From positions 1,056,001 to 1,120,000 of the forward strand of contig OZ243916.1 of the NCBI GenBank assembly GCA_965213675.1: a stretch of 64,000 nucleotides of DNA, written 5' to 3'. Of the stretch, positions 49,064-59,799 are shown in pieces. Numbering within the stretch: the first letter of the stretch is position 1; each line of letters begins with the position of its first letter. The notes beneath the pieces are model-generated. The model worked only from the letters and a program-made list of their open reading frames with translations, was not told the DNA's origin and did not search any database. Made by a program: the position numbers and the translations under genes. Source of the stretch: an uncultured Candidatus Binatia bacterium. GTDB lineage: Bacteria; Desulfobacterota; Binatia; UBA9968; JAJDTQ01.

Positions 49064-49215
49064 GGTACGATCCTCCGGTGCCCTGTCACATGCAATCTTG
49101 AACTATTACACTTGGGAGCTCGCGCAGAACTTCTCGTTGCCGGCAACCACCACTTGTCCGCATTGATGACTCGCAGGGGCGACCGGCGGTCGCCGCCTGT
49201 CGCGGTCACCGTGCT

Positions 49216-49378
49216 GGGAGCCTGTCCGGTTTATCAAGAATCTGCTGCGAGGCAGGGAAATGGGTCCATTTCCGGTTGGATTTTCGTCCGATATTACCAA
49301 TATTCTCCTCAAATCCGCCCGAAACTGGCCTCCATTTCTCTGCCTCTCGCTACGATTCGATAATCCCGACAGGCTCCC
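49216..49378. mobile_element. 163-bp MITE-like hairpin element, type B
   Basis: TIR gggagcctgtccggtttatc / gataatcccgacaggctccc and long imperfect stem. Confidence 0.7.
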
Positions 49379-49382
49379 GGCG

Positions 49383-50861
49383 CTATGGCCGGTGGCCCCG
49401 CACCACCCGCTCCAGTTCGTCTTTCCACTTGGCGGTCACGCTGTCGCGGGTCTCCGTATCAATTTCGCTCACCGCCGGGAACTGGTCCTTCCACTCGAAG
49501 GGACGCGTGGCGTCGATAATGGCGCGGGAGTTGAGGCCCTTTTTGTCGCGCGGGATGATGGGATCCAGCGGCCCGCTCCAGGTGCGGCGGATGATGTCGA
49601 TGGATTCCTCCGGGTTGGAGCGGGTGCACATGGCCCACACCACCTCGTCCAGCCTGGTGATGTCCACATCGTCGTCCACCACCACCACGTAGCGGCCGAG
49701 ATAGGCGCCGGCGTGGCACTGGGCGGCCATCATCGCCGCCTGCTTGGCATGGCCCGGATAACGCTGCCGGATGGCGATAACGATCATGAAACGCTGGGCC
49801 GGCGGCGGCACGTACACGCCGGCGACATCCGGCACCCCGCCTCGCTCCACTCCGTTCCAGATCATGGCCGAGCGCAGCATGGAGCGGTACATGCCGTGGA
49901 TGGTGGGGCGGAACGGCGGCGCGCCCGTGAGGATCGGGTTGTCCCGGTGGTACATGGCCTTCAACTGCACCACCGGCTCGGCCCGGCGCGCGCTGGCATA
50001 GTAACCGGTCCACTCGCCGAAGGGCCCCTCGGGGCGGGTGTCGCCGGGGATGATCTCCCCTTCCACCACGATCTCGGCGGCGGCGGGCACGCGCAGTCCG
50101 GTAAGCGGCGCCTCGACAACGCTCAGTGGCTGCCCCACCAGCCCGCCCGCCCACGCATACTCGCTGACGCCGGGTGGAACCGCCTGCGACGCCGCCACGA
50201 ACATCAACGGGTGCTGGCCGAAGGCCATGGCCACCTGCACCGGCTTGCCCGCCCGGAGCGTCTTCTCCATGTGCATGCGCCCGTGCTTGCCCGGCGAGAT
50301 GTAGAGCGCCAGCTTGTCGCCCTCGTGCACCATGACGCGGTAGCAGCCCACGTTCTCATCGCCGGTCTCGGGGTCCCGCGTGACCACCAGATGCGCCGTG
50401 CCCAGGTAGCGGCCACCGTCCCCCGCGTGCCAGCGCGGCACCGGGATGTCGAGGATGTTGATGTCCGCGCCGGTGCGCCGGTTCTCCATCACCGGCCCCG
50501 TGGCCAGCACGCGCGGTTCCATCGGTTGGAGATTGGCCAGCCGCGTTCTCAAGCGGTCGATGACCTCGAGGGTGCCGAGGTCCGGCGGCAGGTTGAGAGC
50601 GAGCGCGGTGCGCTCCATGGTCTCCATCATGTTGGCGAGGACCCGGCCCTTGCCCTCGTGGCCCACGACGTTCTCGAACAGCAGCGCCGGCGGGGTGGGC
50701 GAGCGTTCGCATATGATCTCATTGAGCGCGCCCACCTCCAGGTCCCAGTGGGCGCCGGAGATACGTTCGAGCTGCCCCATCTCCTCCACCCGGGAAAGCC
50801 AGAGACGGAGGTCGTCGAACGAGTTCACTTCCGGGTTCGGTGTCGGTTGCGGTCTTGCCAT
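49383..50861 (-). CDS. UbiD family decarboxylase
   Basis: GCYRVM, PEGPFGEWTGYY, VVDDDVD, IIDATRP. Confidence 0.92.
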   Translation of the reverse strand: MARPQPTPNPEVNSFDDLRLWLSRVEEMGQLERISGAHWDLEVGALNEIICERSPTPPALLFENVVGHEGKGRVLANMMETMERTALALNLPPDLGTLEVIDRLRTRLANLQPMEPRVLATGPVMENRRTGADINILDIPVPRWHAGDGGRYLGTAHLVVTRDPETGDENVGCYRVMVHEGDKLALYISPGKHGRMHMEKTLRAGKPVQVAMAFGQHPLMFVAASQAVPPGVSEYAWAGGLVGQPLSVVEAPLTGLRVPAAAEIVVEGEIIPGDTRPEGPFGEWTGYYASARRAEPVVQLKAMYHRDNPILTGAPPFRPTIHGMYRSMLRSAMIWNGVERGGVPDVAGVYVPPPAQRFMIVIAIRQRYPGHAKQAAMMAAQCHAGAYLGRYVVVVDDDVDITRLDEVVWAMCTRSNPEESIDIIRRTWSGPLDPIIPRDKKGLNSRAIIDATRPFEWKDQFPAVSEIDTETRDSVTAKWKDELERVVRGHRP

Positions 50862-51032
50862 GGGTCACCTCTCGAAAAACGTTACACGGTTGTCCCCGGC
50901 CATGCGAGGAAACAGGCGGGCTTTAAACCCGCCGCCAGATTTGCCGCGCCGGGTCTCATGGGCGCACGACGCACCGTCCACAAGCGCGACGGGTCTCCCA
51001 AACGCTGCACTTATTCCGCAAACTTCGGGTCT

Positions 51033-52040
51033 CTATTCCGGTTCCGTCAGCTCCCACGTGTCGGGCGCGAACAGCTCCTCGGGCGAAAGGTTGCGCTCGC
51101 AGATGCCCTGGGCCTCGCAGTACTCGATGAACGTGTTGATGGCGTGGCGGTTGGCGTCGAGGCCGAAGGGACACGGATCGCCGCCGAACACCGTTCCTTC
51201 CTCGTCCAGCGCGCGCTGGCGCCACGCCACCACCATGCTCGGCATGTCCGCGTACCACTGCCGCGCGTGCCGCTTGGCCCGGCTGAACAGGTCGAACAGG
51301 GCTGGCGCCACCTCGGGGTTCCGTTCCAGCACCGTCTTCCTGACTGCCAGCACGTGCATGATGGGGAATAGGCCCGTCTTGGTGAAGTAGCGCGCCTCCA
51401 CTTCGCCATAGTCCTCGAACAGCCGCTTCAGCGCCGGGTCGGCGAGAAGCGCCGGGAGCTGCGTCTCCGTGACCCCGAGCATGTCCAGCCGTCCCTCGCG
51501 CAGCGCCCGCATGGCGCGCTCGGCGGCGCTCCCCTGCCCTTGCAGCACCTCGATGACGGCGCCGCCCGGAAGCGTCACCGTGCTCTCGGTGACGCCGTCG
51601 TCCCAGTGGTGCAGCGAAGCCGCGACCCATTGGGAATTCTTCGGCGTCACGCCGTACTCGTCCACGAGCATGCCGCGGATCCACACCGCCGCGGTCTGCA
51701 CCCAGCGCAGGCAACCCAGACGCTTGCCCACGAGGTCCCGCGGCGCGTCCACGCCCGCGTCGCGCCGCACCACGATGAAGCCATGCCGGAACATGCGTGA
51801 GGGGAACACGGGTATGCCGATGAAGTCGTTCTGATTGCGCGACGTGTAGTAGATCAACTCGGCCAGGGACATCTCGGAGACGTCGAACTCGCCCCGGTAC
51901 ATGGCCGCGAACATGCCCTGCACGCTCACCTGCTCCACCGGCTCCAGGCCGATTCCCGGAGCGGTCAGGACGCCGCGGAGGATGGCGTTGGTGCCATCGT
52001 AGTTGCGGCACGCAAGACGGAGATGAGTGGGGTCGGACAT
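51033..52040 (-). CDS. 4,5-dihydroxyphthalate decarboxylase-like (Pht5/SBP-fold) protein
   Basis: FDVSEMSL, IPVFPSRMFRH, QTAAVW.RG, FPIMH. Confidence 0.8.
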   Translation of the reverse strand: MSDPTHLRLACRNYDGTNAILRGVLTAPGIGLEPVEQVSVQGMFAAMYRGEFDVSEMSLAELIYYTSRNQNDFIGIPVFPSRMFRHGFIVVRRDAGVDAPRDLVGKRLGCLRWVQTAAVWIRGMLVDEYGVTPKNSQWVAASLHHWDDGVTESTVTLPGGAVIEVLQGQGSAAERAMRALREGRLDMLGVTETQLPALLADPALKRLFEDYGEVEARYFTKTGLFPIMHVLAVRKTVLERNPEVAPALFDLFSRAKRHARQWYADMPSMVVAWRQRALDEEGTVFGGDPCPFGLDANRHAINTFIEYCEAQGICERNLSPEELFAPDTWELTEPE

Positions 52041-52133
52041 GGCAAAGGAACTCAGCAGACTGTGTGAAGACTCAAGAGGCAACCACGTAATGGAACGTCA
52101 TGTCTTCTCCGAGCAGTGTCTTGACACAACCGC

Positions 52134-53738
52134 TCACGTGGGCTTGACCCTGCGCCGCGCCAGCTTGGCGCCGGTCTGGAGGTAGTCGCTCTTCACCGCA
52201 AGTTGCGCCTCTTCTTCCCACTCGTCGTCCCACTGGCCCAGGGAGTAGCCGTACCACGGCGCCTGGGGCTTGAGCGGCGGCAACTCCAGCCGGTTCCACA
52301 ACTCCAGGGCGTGTTCCATGAATTCGCGTTTGGGCAGCGAAATGGGCGGAAACGGCTCCTTGAGGATGGCGTTGATGAGCATGCCGGAGTCGGTGGCCGG
52401 CTGGTAGAACAGCTCCTTGGCCGTGATCAGGCCGCCTTCGTCCTCAAAGGGCGGCGCATGGCCCTTGACCCGGCCCGGCTGGATCACCACGTCCTGGTGC
52501 GGCTTGGAACGGTAGCAGATGGCCCACCATACCGCGTCCAGGTTGTGGGGGTCGATGTCGTCGTCCACCGCGATGGCGATCTTGCCGACGCCGTGCTGGT
52601 AGTTGGCGATGCTGTTCAGCGCGCGCCACACGTCGCCCTCGGCAGGCTTGCGCATCTGCACGATGACGAGCTTGCGCAGGTTGGTGAGGGGCTCGTGCAT
52701 GGCCACCTGGGTGACGCTCTTGATGCCCACCGTGTCCCGCAGGTACCGGCACAAGAGCGGCTCGTAGCCCACCTTCTTGATGACGCTCGACTCGCTCGGG
52801 GTCACCTGGCTGATGAACGAGCACAGCACGGGCTTGCGCTTCATGGTGATGGCGGTGACCTCCATGAAGGGCGACACCGTGCGCGGGTGCAGGTAGCCGT
52901 GGGACTCGCCGAAGGGACCCTCGGGCTCCACAAAGTCGGTGTTGATAAGCCCTTCGATGACGATCTCGGCGTTGGCCGGCACCTCGAGGTTCACGGTCTT
53001 GCAGCGCACCAGTTGGATGGGCTCCCCCGCAAGACCGCCGGCGATGCCCATCTCGTCCACGCCGGGCGGCACCTTCTGCACGGTGCCGTAGGAGACCACC
53101 GGCGGCGCCCCCACCACCAGCGCCGCGTGCAGCGGCTCGCCGCGTTCCCGGCACTTGTCCCAGTGCGGGAAAATGTGCTGGTGCATGCCGGCGTACATGC
53201 CCACGCGCTTCTGGCTCTTGATCTGGCCACGGTAGTTGCCCTGGTTGCGCACGCCCGTCTCCGGGTCCTTGGTGAACCAGTGGGAGCAGGTGGTGTAGGG
53301 GGCGTTGTCGAACCCCGGCGTGGAGATGGGCACCGGAAGCTGCAAGAGCCCGCCGCCCTCAATGTCGAGGTCGGCGCCCTGGAGCACCACCTCGTGCACC
53401 GGCCCGGAATCCACGATGGCGGGCTCGATGGGGTTCGCCAAGGCGTGTGCCCAGAGTTCCGGAATCTCCTCCACCGGGCGTTGCAGTCCCACCGAATAGA
53501 CCTGGGGCGACGCCGCCAGCGCAGCCACCGCCACCGGCATGTCGTAGGCGCGTCCGTGGCTGTCCACCACGTTCTCGAACAGGAACGCCTTGCGCTCCGC
53601 CTCTGGCAGGCCGCCGCGGAACTGCCAGCGCACCAGCGGGTGCATTTCCGTGTCCTTGTTGATGGGGTGCCGGACGCGCAACAGCAGTCCGGCGGCTTCG
53701 AGGTTGGACAGGTGTTCCTGCAGATCGGGATAGGACAT
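52134..53738 (-). CDS. UbiD family decarboxylase
   Basis: GNYRGQ, VPANAEIVIEG, PEGPFGESHG, VDDDID. Confidence 0.92.
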   Translation of the reverse strand: MSYPDLQEHLSNLEAAGLLLRVRHPINKDTEMHPLVRWQFRGGLPEAERKAFLFENVVDSHGRAYDMPVAVAALAASPQVYSVGLQRPVEEIPELWAHALANPIEPAIVDSGPVHEVVLQGADLDIEGGGLLQLPVPISTPGFDNAPYTTCSHWFTKDPETGVRNQGNYRGQIKSQKRVGMYAGMHQHIFPHWDKCRERGEPLHAALVVGAPPVVSYGTVQKVPPGVDEMGIAGGLAGEPIQLVRCKTVNLEVPANAEIVIEGLINTDFVEPEGPFGESHGYLHPRTVSPFMEVTAITMKRKPVLCSFISQVTPSESSVIKKVGYEPLLCRYLRDTVGIKSVTQVAMHEPLTNLRKLVIVQMRKPAEGDVWRALNSIANYQHGVGKIAIAVDDDIDPHNLDAVWWAICYRSKPHQDVVIQPGRVKGHAPPFEDEGGLITAKELFYQPATDSGMLINAILKEPFPPISLPKREFMEHALELWNRLELPPLKPQAPWYGYSLGQWDDEWEEEAQLAVKSDYLQTGAKLARRRVKPT

Positions 53739-53760
53739 ATCAGGCTCGCCTTCTTGACCT

Positions 53761-53864
53761 CAACGTTGCAAGAGCGTTCGTAGAGAGCGATTCGAAACAC
53801 GGCCTACGACGCGTCATTCCCGCGAAAGCTTGCCCTCGACCCCGATCGGGGGCGGGAATCCAGG
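53761..53864 (-). repeat. Composite REP + tail, copy 2 (inverted)
   Basis: Reverse complement of 24579-24685. Confidence 0.75.
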
Positions 53865-53876
53865 CCGGCCAGGCTC

Positions 53877-54896
53877 CTAGGCGCCGTTGCCGCCGATACG
53901 CTGCTCTTCGCGGTAGAGCGCCAGCGCTTCCAGCACTGGCCGGTCGTTCATGGAAAACAGCACGGCCTCCTCGCCGAAGGGGTTCTCGTGGCGGTGCCAC
54001 TGCCAGTTGGGGATCATGAACGAATCGCCCTTCTCCCACTCCAGGCAGCCCTCGCCCACAGCGGTGCGGCCACGCCCGCGGAACACATGGTACAGCGATG
54101 TGCTGGTGTGGCGGTGGGCGCCGGTCACCCATCCCGGCTTGAGCATCTGCGCCTCGCACGAAAGAGTCGCCAAGGTGTAGCCGCCGGTCACCGGGTTGAT
54201 GTAGCGCACCAGATGACCGTCGAAGGGATCGGCCTCGGCATCGGGGATATTGTGCAGCGATGCGTCGGTGTCCTCCCAGCGATAGCGGAACGGCAAGCCC
54301 CGGCGCGCGCACTCCGCCTGAGCCGGCGGGCGCGCGAAGCCGAAACGCATCTGCGCGTCGCCGTCGGCGCGGGTCACGCCCTGGGTTTCGTTGTCGTGGT
54401 TCTCGAAGAACAGCACGTTGAGGGCGTTGATAAGCGGACCGTCGAGGCCGTCGAGCCAGACGATGGGCTCGTCCGACACGTTGTGGTGTTCGTGCCAGGT
54501 CCAGTTGGGGGTCAGGATCAGGTCCCCCTCGCGCATGGGGAAGCGCTCGCCCTCCACCAGCGTGAAAGCGCCGCTCCCCTTCACCACGAAGCGAATGGCG
54601 GCCATGTTGTGGCGGTGCGGCCGGGCGATTTCGCCCGGGTTCACCACCGAGAAGGTGAACAGCAGTGTCCGGGAAGTGGCGCGGGTGGGATTCTCCGGGT
54701 TCACCAGCCGGATGGCCCGGCGTTCCGCCAGCTCCAGCCCCACGGACTCCCTGGCGTCCATCAGGCACGGGTAAACCTCGCGCCACTTCCACAGGCACGG
54801 CGCCTCGTCCTGATGCTCGGGCGTACGCGTGTTCCAGAAGCCCGAAAGCTGGTGCTCCGCCAGCGACGCGTTGAGGTCCTTGAGGTCCATCTTCAT
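53877..54896 (-). CDS. Gentisate 1,2-dioxygenase-like bicupin
   Basis: AERR..LVNP, PHRH..AAIRF, GDLILTP.W.WHEH, DGLD, HRHT. Confidence 0.88.
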   Translation of the reverse strand: MKMDLKDLNASLAEHQLSGFWNTRTPEHQDEAPCLWKWREVYPCLMDARESVGLELAERRAIRLVNPENPTRATSRTLLFTFSVVNPGEIARPHRHNMAAIRFVVKGSGAFTLVEGERFPMREGDLILTPNWTWHEHHNVSDEPIVWLDGLDGPLINALNVLFFENHDNETQGVTRADGDAQMRFGFARPPAQAECARRGLPFRYRWEDTDASLHNIPDAEADPFDGHLVRYINPVTGGYTLATLSCEAQMLKPGWVTGAHRHTSTSLYHVFRGRGRTAVGEGCLEWEKGDSFMIPNWQWHRHENPFGEEAVLFSMNDRPVLEALALYREEQRIGGNGA

Positions 54897-55110
54897 GGGA
54901 GTTTCCTCGAATGCAGAAGCCGAAACCGCGCGTTTCATTGCCGGTCCGCGCCGCCCCTTGGCCGGCACGGACGGTTTCACATCCACGTGCCCCGCCAGGA
55001 CACTGCCCGTGCAGGGAAGACCGGCCCGCCCTCGCCAAGGCGCCCGCGATGGACACCACGCCGATACCGGGACGACGGCAACGCGGTGCAGGGGCGTCCG
55101 GCGGTCGTCC

Positions 55111-55821
55111 CTACACGGACAGGCGCGCCATGGCCGCGGCCATGCCGCCGAAATAGGCCCGGTGGAGGTCCATGGACTCCCTGGCGGTGTTCAGCACTCC
55201 AGCCTCGCCGTCCTTGGGCACGTAGCGTTCCAGGATGTCCAGAAACATCTCCGAGTGCTTCTCGTCCGCGGCCCGATGGGCGGTGAAGTTGGGCATCTGT
55301 TCATCGGTGAGCTTCAGGTCGTTGCTCCAGCGCTCGTACAACCGGCCGCAATTGCCCCCGCCCAGGTCGCTCAGCAGGCGGTCGTCGTTGGTCCATTCGG
55401 CGATGGTGGACGCGGCCAGGGCCTCCTGCCACGGGCGCGTACGCGCGATCCAGAACCAGCCGAACACCGCCGCCCGGGTGGTGGGTAGCGGCTCGGCGTC
55501 CACCACCTCCTGTTCGCTGAGGCCCACTTCCCGTGCCTGCCGGAAGATCAGGTCCAGGTGGCCGTGATCCGAGTACTCGTCCTCCACCAGCTCCTCGTAC
55601 TCGTGGGACATGATGCGCTGCTTCACCACGAACACGGGACAGTTGGCGGCCACCTGGGGCCAGTAGTCTCGCCGGCGCCGCACGTAAATCCCCAGTTGCG
55701 AAAGGTAGAGCTGCGCCCGCTCGGTCGTGATCCGGGTGTCATAGAATTGCCCCAGCTCCGGAGAGCGAAAGTAATCCCTGACGATCTCGCCAAGCTCGTT
55801 GCGCCATTCCTTCGTATTCAT
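55111..55821 (-). CDS. Heme-oxygenase-like (PqqC/CADD) diiron redox enzyme
   Basis: HEYEEL..HGH, E, FTAH..ADEKH. Confidence 0.78.
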   Translation of the reverse strand: MNTKEWRNELGEIVRDYFRSPELGQFYDTRITTERAQLYLSQLGIYVRRRRDYWPQVAANCPVFVVKQRIMSHEYEELVEDEYSDHGHLDLIFRQAREVGLSEQEVVDAEPLPTTRAAVFGWFWIARTRPWQEALAASTIAEWTNDDRLLSDLGGGNCGRLYERWSNDLKLTDEQMPNFTAHRAADEKHSEMFLDILERYVPKDGEAGVLNTARESMDLHRAYFGGMAAAMARLSV

Positions 55822-55871
55822 GGCTGTCCTCCTTGCGTCCGGCGCGTCACAGAACGCCAGGGCACACGACG

Positions 55872-56765
55872 CTAATCCCGCGCCGCCGCCAGCGCGTTGT
55901 TGAGCCGCGTGGCCTGTTCGCTGCTCAGATCCTTGGTAGGCCAGCGCGGGAAGTCCACCACCGGCAGGTCCCGCAGCTTGAGCGACTCGCGCAGTACCGA
56001 GCGGCCCGCGGTCCGTTGCAGGTCGCCGATGACCGCGGTGAACTCGATCACCCTCCGCTGCAGTTCCACCGCCTCCCCGAGCTTGCCCGTGGTGGTGGCG
56101 TTCCACAGGTTCACCAGAAGTTCGGGAATGGCCACGGTCAACGGATGGATCGACCCGGCGAGGCCCCACAGCGCTCCCGGCATGATCAGGGTGGCGGAAC
56201 CGGAGAAGACCGAGCAGGTGGCCGGCAGCGCGCGCACGAAGGCGAGTTGCTGCTCCAACGGGATGAACGACATCTTGATGCCGCAGGCCTGGGGCACCTC
56301 CTCGCACAACCGCCGGGTCCATGGCGCGGTCATGCGATAGCCGCTGTTCACCGCATTGTTGTAGATGAACATCGGGTACTCGATGGCCTCGTATACCTTG
56401 ACGTAATGCATCAGCACTTCGTCGTCGAGGTGGTCGAAGTAGTACGGCGGCACCACGCCCACCACGTCCGCGCCCTGGTCCCGGGCGTCCCTGGCGAGGT
56501 CGATGGTGGTGGGGGTGTCCGCGGTGCCGGCGTGAATCACCACCGGAATGCGCCCGGCCACCCGGTCGATGACGAGCTTGGCGGTGCGCTTGCGTTCGTC
56601 CGGCGCAAGCGCCGGCCCCTGGCCGAAGGTGCCCAGCACGAACAGGCCGTGCACCCCCGCCTCCACGTAGAAATCCGTCAACGCCAGCACCGCGTTTTCA
56701 TCCACCGCGCCGGTGCCGGTGAACGGCGTTGGCAGCGGAATGTACATTCCCTTCAAACGTTCCAT
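55872..56765 (-). CDS. Dihydrodipicolinate synthase-family aldolase/dehydratase
   Basis: TPF, GTFG, PPYY, IYN, GIK. Confidence 0.88.
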   Translation of the reverse strand: MERLKGMYIPLPTPFTGTGAVDENAVLALTDFYVEAGVHGLFVLGTFGQGPALAPDERKRTAKLVIDRVAGRIPVVIHAGTADTPTTIDLARDARDQGADVVGVVPPYYFDHLDDEVLMHYVKVYEAIEYPMFIYNNAVNSGYRMTAPWTRRLCEEVPQACGIKMSFIPLEQQLAFVRALPATCSVFSGSATLIMPGALWGLAGSIHPLTVAIPELLVNLWNATTTGKLGEAVELQRRVIEFTAVIGDLQRTAGRSVLRESLKLRDLPVVDFPRWPTKDLSSEQATRLNNALAAARD

Positions 56766-56799
56766 GGTTCGACTCCTTGTTGAGAGGATCGCGTCACCG

Positions 56800-57843
56800 T
56801 CACTTCTTGCCCTCCACCAGAGCCAGCACCCGCGCCTTCTCGTCCGCCGGCATCCCGAGGAACTCCTGAACGTACGCTTGCAAATCCGCGCCCTTCACCG
56901 GATTGATCTCGACCCGGCGCTTCCTGGCTTCCGCCAGAAACTCAGGGTCCGCCATGGTGGCGTCGAATGCCTTGCGAAGCTCCGCCACGCGCTCCTTCGG
57001 CACCTTCGGACCCACCAGGAACGCCCGCGCGAACTGGTACGGCACCGTGGTGGTCAAATGAATCAGGCGCCGCTGCGCGTCGGTGCTGGCGAGCTGGGGC
57101 ATGGTGGGAACGTCGCCGCCGAGCTCCGGGATGGGTTTCGGACTCACTTGCATCAGCACCTTGTACTCACCCGTGCGAAGCTGCTCGCTGCTGGTGGACT
57201 TGAGGGAGGCCCAGCCGTTGAACACTCCGTCCAACTCGCCGCTCTCCATGGCCAGCCGTATGCGCGAGGTGCCCCCGTACCCGGTGACGAGGCGGACCTT
57301 TCCGCCGAGCGTGTCGCGCAGCAGTTGCGCCGCCACGTCGGTGGGCGACCCCGTACTGATGCCGCCCAGCGAAATCTCCCGGCCCCTGGGACCAAACACA
57401 TCCTCGACGCTGTTGAATCCGGACTGCCGCGTCACCACCAGCACCGAGGACTGCACATGGGTGGCGCCGATGTACTGGAAGCGCCGGGCGTCGTACTTGA
57501 CCTGCGAGATGCCGGTCAACTGCTTGATCACGGACGAGCCGCCCACATGCAGCACCTCCGTGCCGTTCTGCCGTGACGAATGATAGACGTAGTTGGCGGA
57601 CAGCAGCCCGCCGGCCCCCGGACGGTTCTCCACGATCATCTTCGGCGCGCCCGGGAGATGTCGGTGGAGGTGGCGCGCGACATAGCGCGCGTACGTGTCG
57701 TAGCCCCCGCCGGGCGAGTACGCCACGATGATGCGCACGGTCTTGCCGGCGTACGAGTCCGCGGCGGCCGCGGCGCCCCACGCACCGAGCGCGAAAACGA
57801 CGGCTGCAAGAATGGCTGTCAGCGCGAAGCGCCTGATATTCAT
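56800..57843 (-). CDS. Bug/TctC tricarboxylate transporter substrate-binding protein
   Basis: IVAYSPGGGYD, VENRPGAGG, YGG...LAMESGE, DPEFLAEA. Confidence 0.88.
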   Translation of the reverse strand: MNIRRFALTAILAAVVFALGAWGAAAAADSYAGKTVRIIVAYSPGGGYDTYARYVARHLHRHLPGAPKMIVENRPGAGGLLSANYVYHSSRQNGTEVLHVGGSSVIKQLTGISQVKYDARRFQYIGATHVQSSVLVVTRQSGFNSVEDVFGPRGREISLGGISTGSPTDVAAQLLRDTLGGKVRLVTGYGGTSRIRLAMESGELDGVFNGWASLKSTSSEQLRTGEYKVLMQVSPKPIPELGGDVPTMPQLASTDAQRRLIHLTTTVPYQFARAFLVGPKVPKERVAELRKAFDATMADPEFLAEARKRRVEINPVKGADLQAYVQEFLGMPADEKARVLALVEGKK

Positions 57844-58096
57844 CAAGTCCTCCGATCCTGAAGTTCGCCGCCCACGGGGCAACGCCCCGGCGGATGCGGC
57901 GACACGATGTGACACGGTAATGGAGGGGTAATAGGCCCAACCGCCCGTGCTGTCAACATGACGGACAGGGCCGTTTCACGCTGACTGGGATCCTTGTCGA
58001 GGGCCGGATTGTCCTTCCCTTGAACCACGACCGCGCCGCGCCGCACGGCTCTCTTGTCCGGCAACGTCCCCGCGGCGACGGTTTGATCCGGTCCGG

Positions 58097-58768
58097 TCAG
58101 CGTAGCGCCGTCACCTCGATTTCGATCAGCTTGCCCACGGCCGAATAGCCGTCCACGAACGAGCACTCCATGTTTTCCCCGGAGACCCTTGTGGCCTCGG
58201 CGACAGCCCGCTTCAGCGCCGCCGGGTCTTCATCGCGGTGGAGGAAGCAGGACACCCGCGCCACCTTCGCCCAGGATGCCCCGGCGTGCTCCAGGGATCC
58301 ACCGATGAGGCCGCAGACCTCCGTTGCCTGCTGGCGCAGGTCGCCGGTGGTGGAGGTGACGCCCGAGAGAAACACCCTGCCCTCCAGATCGAGGTAGCGC
58401 AGCGGCACGATGGGCGGGTCGTATTCCACGAGCTTCTTCCCGGCGCCGGATCGCATGGCGATGAAGTCCAGGGCCACGCTGGCGTTCGAATCGAGGTGCG
58501 CCGGCGCGATGTAGCTGGAGCTGGCCGAGCGCGCCTTGCCCTTCATGCGCCGCGCGCGCGCCCGGCTCCCCAGGTTCCGGCTCTCCCGGTCCCGCGCCCA
58601 CAGGCGTGTCCGCACGGTGTCGTCGAGGGAGTAGCCGAGCGCGCCGATTCCCTCCACGATGCGGTCGAGAATCCCCTCCACGCCCGCATCGCCCGTCGCC
58701 CCGGCGGCGCCCTCGCAGGAGACCGCGACGCATTCGCGGCCGAGCCATTCAAAGGTTTTCATGCGCAT
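58097..58768 (-). CDS. RidA/YjgF-like double-domain protein
   Basis: Two Rid-like halves, FLSGVT, LIEIEVTA. Confidence 0.7.
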   Translation of the reverse strand: MRMKTFEWLGRECVAVSCEGAAGATGDAGVEGILDRIVEGIGALGYSLDDTVRTRLWARDRESRNLGSRARARRMKGKARSASSSYIAPAHLDSNASVALDFIAMRSGAGKKLVEYDPPIVPLRYLDLEGRVFLSGVTSTTGDLRQQATEVCGLIGGSLEHAGASWAKVARVSCFLHRDEDPAALKRAVAEATRVSGENMECSFVDGYSAVGKLIEIEVTALR

Positions 58769-58836
58769 GACATCGCTCCCGAATTCTGTGGCGCCACGCC
58801 TCGCACCGATTCCACGGCCGGAGGCGGCGCAGGCTC

Positions 58837-59706
58837 CTATGACGCAGGGGCGTCGAAGAAGGCCAGCGTGCGCACCTCGACGCTTTCGCGCGCGGGCGCG
58901 TCCGGCGGCGCGGTGGGGTCGTCAAAGGATGAGTGGGCGGTAAAGCGGGCGCGCCCGTCGGTCTCCGAGTCGAACACCTTGAACACGATGGCCTCGTTCC
59001 GCGTCATGGCGGGAAAGTAGAACCAGCGGTGCTCCGGGCTGTACTTGACCTGGTAGGTCTCGCCGATGCGGCCGGGATAGCTCCGCTGCGAAGCGATCAA
59101 CTCCTCGGCGCGCAGGCTGCGGGCATCCGCGATGGCCAACGGGTTCGTGCGCACCGGGTTCCGGGTGGGCCGCCACACCTGGATGATGGCGAAACGCCCC
59201 TGGAGCAGCCGCTCGGCCTCGTCCTCCGGCAGGAGATCGCGCACCCGCTTGGGCGCCGACCATTCCGTGTAGTCGTTATGCACCGACCGATTCGGCTCCC
59301 GCACCTTCCGTTCCGCGCGGATGCCGTCGTCCTGTGCCCGCAGGGTGTGATCGAAAATGACGACCCGGGACGCACCACTCTCGCGTTTCACCAGCGCGTC
59401 GATCTCCGCGTAGTAGACGGACCGCAGTTCGTCTTCGTTGTAGAAGTCCTTGACCTCGGTGTCGTGTCCAACCAGGACGAACCCTTCCCGTTCCAGCGAC
59501 AGGTCGCGCGCCATGGCCCGCCCGTTGCGGATGGTGGCGCGATGGGGGTCGTGCTTCCCGGTGCGCAGCACCGGTGTGCTGTTGAGCACGGCCGTGTGCG
59601 TGACGGGCTTGACACCCGTGTCCGCCGCATAGTTGAGGACCGCTTCCACCGAATCCAACGGGGTCTCCGCCGTCTCCCGGGCCTCTACCGTCTCCATTCG
59701 ACTCAT
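58837..59706 (-). CDS. CmcJ/NvfI-like oxidoreductase
   Basis: EGF.L, FDHT.R, VHNDYT, VWRP, PLAIAD, FDS, HSSF, RESVEVR. Confidence 0.85.
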   Translation of the reverse strand: MSRMETVEARETAETPLDSVEAVLNYAADTGVKPVTHTAVLNSTPVLRTGKHDPHRATIRNGRAMARDLSLEREGFVLVGHDTEVKDFYNEDELRSVYYAEIDALVKRESGASRVVIFDHTLRAQDDGIRAERKVREPNRSVHNDYTEWSAPKRVRDLLPEDEAERLLQGRFAIIQVWRPTRNPVRTNPLAIADARSLRAEELIASQRSYPGRIGETYQVKYSPEHRWFYFPAMTRNEAIVFKVFDSETDGRARFTAHSSFDDPTAPPDAPARESVEVRTLAFFDAPAS

Positions 59707-59799
59707 GCGCGCACCTCCAGGGTGGTGAATTTGCTGCCAACCGCGGATGCTATCAGCACCCCGCGGCTTCGACAACGGCCCCAAGCCATGAACAAGCGC

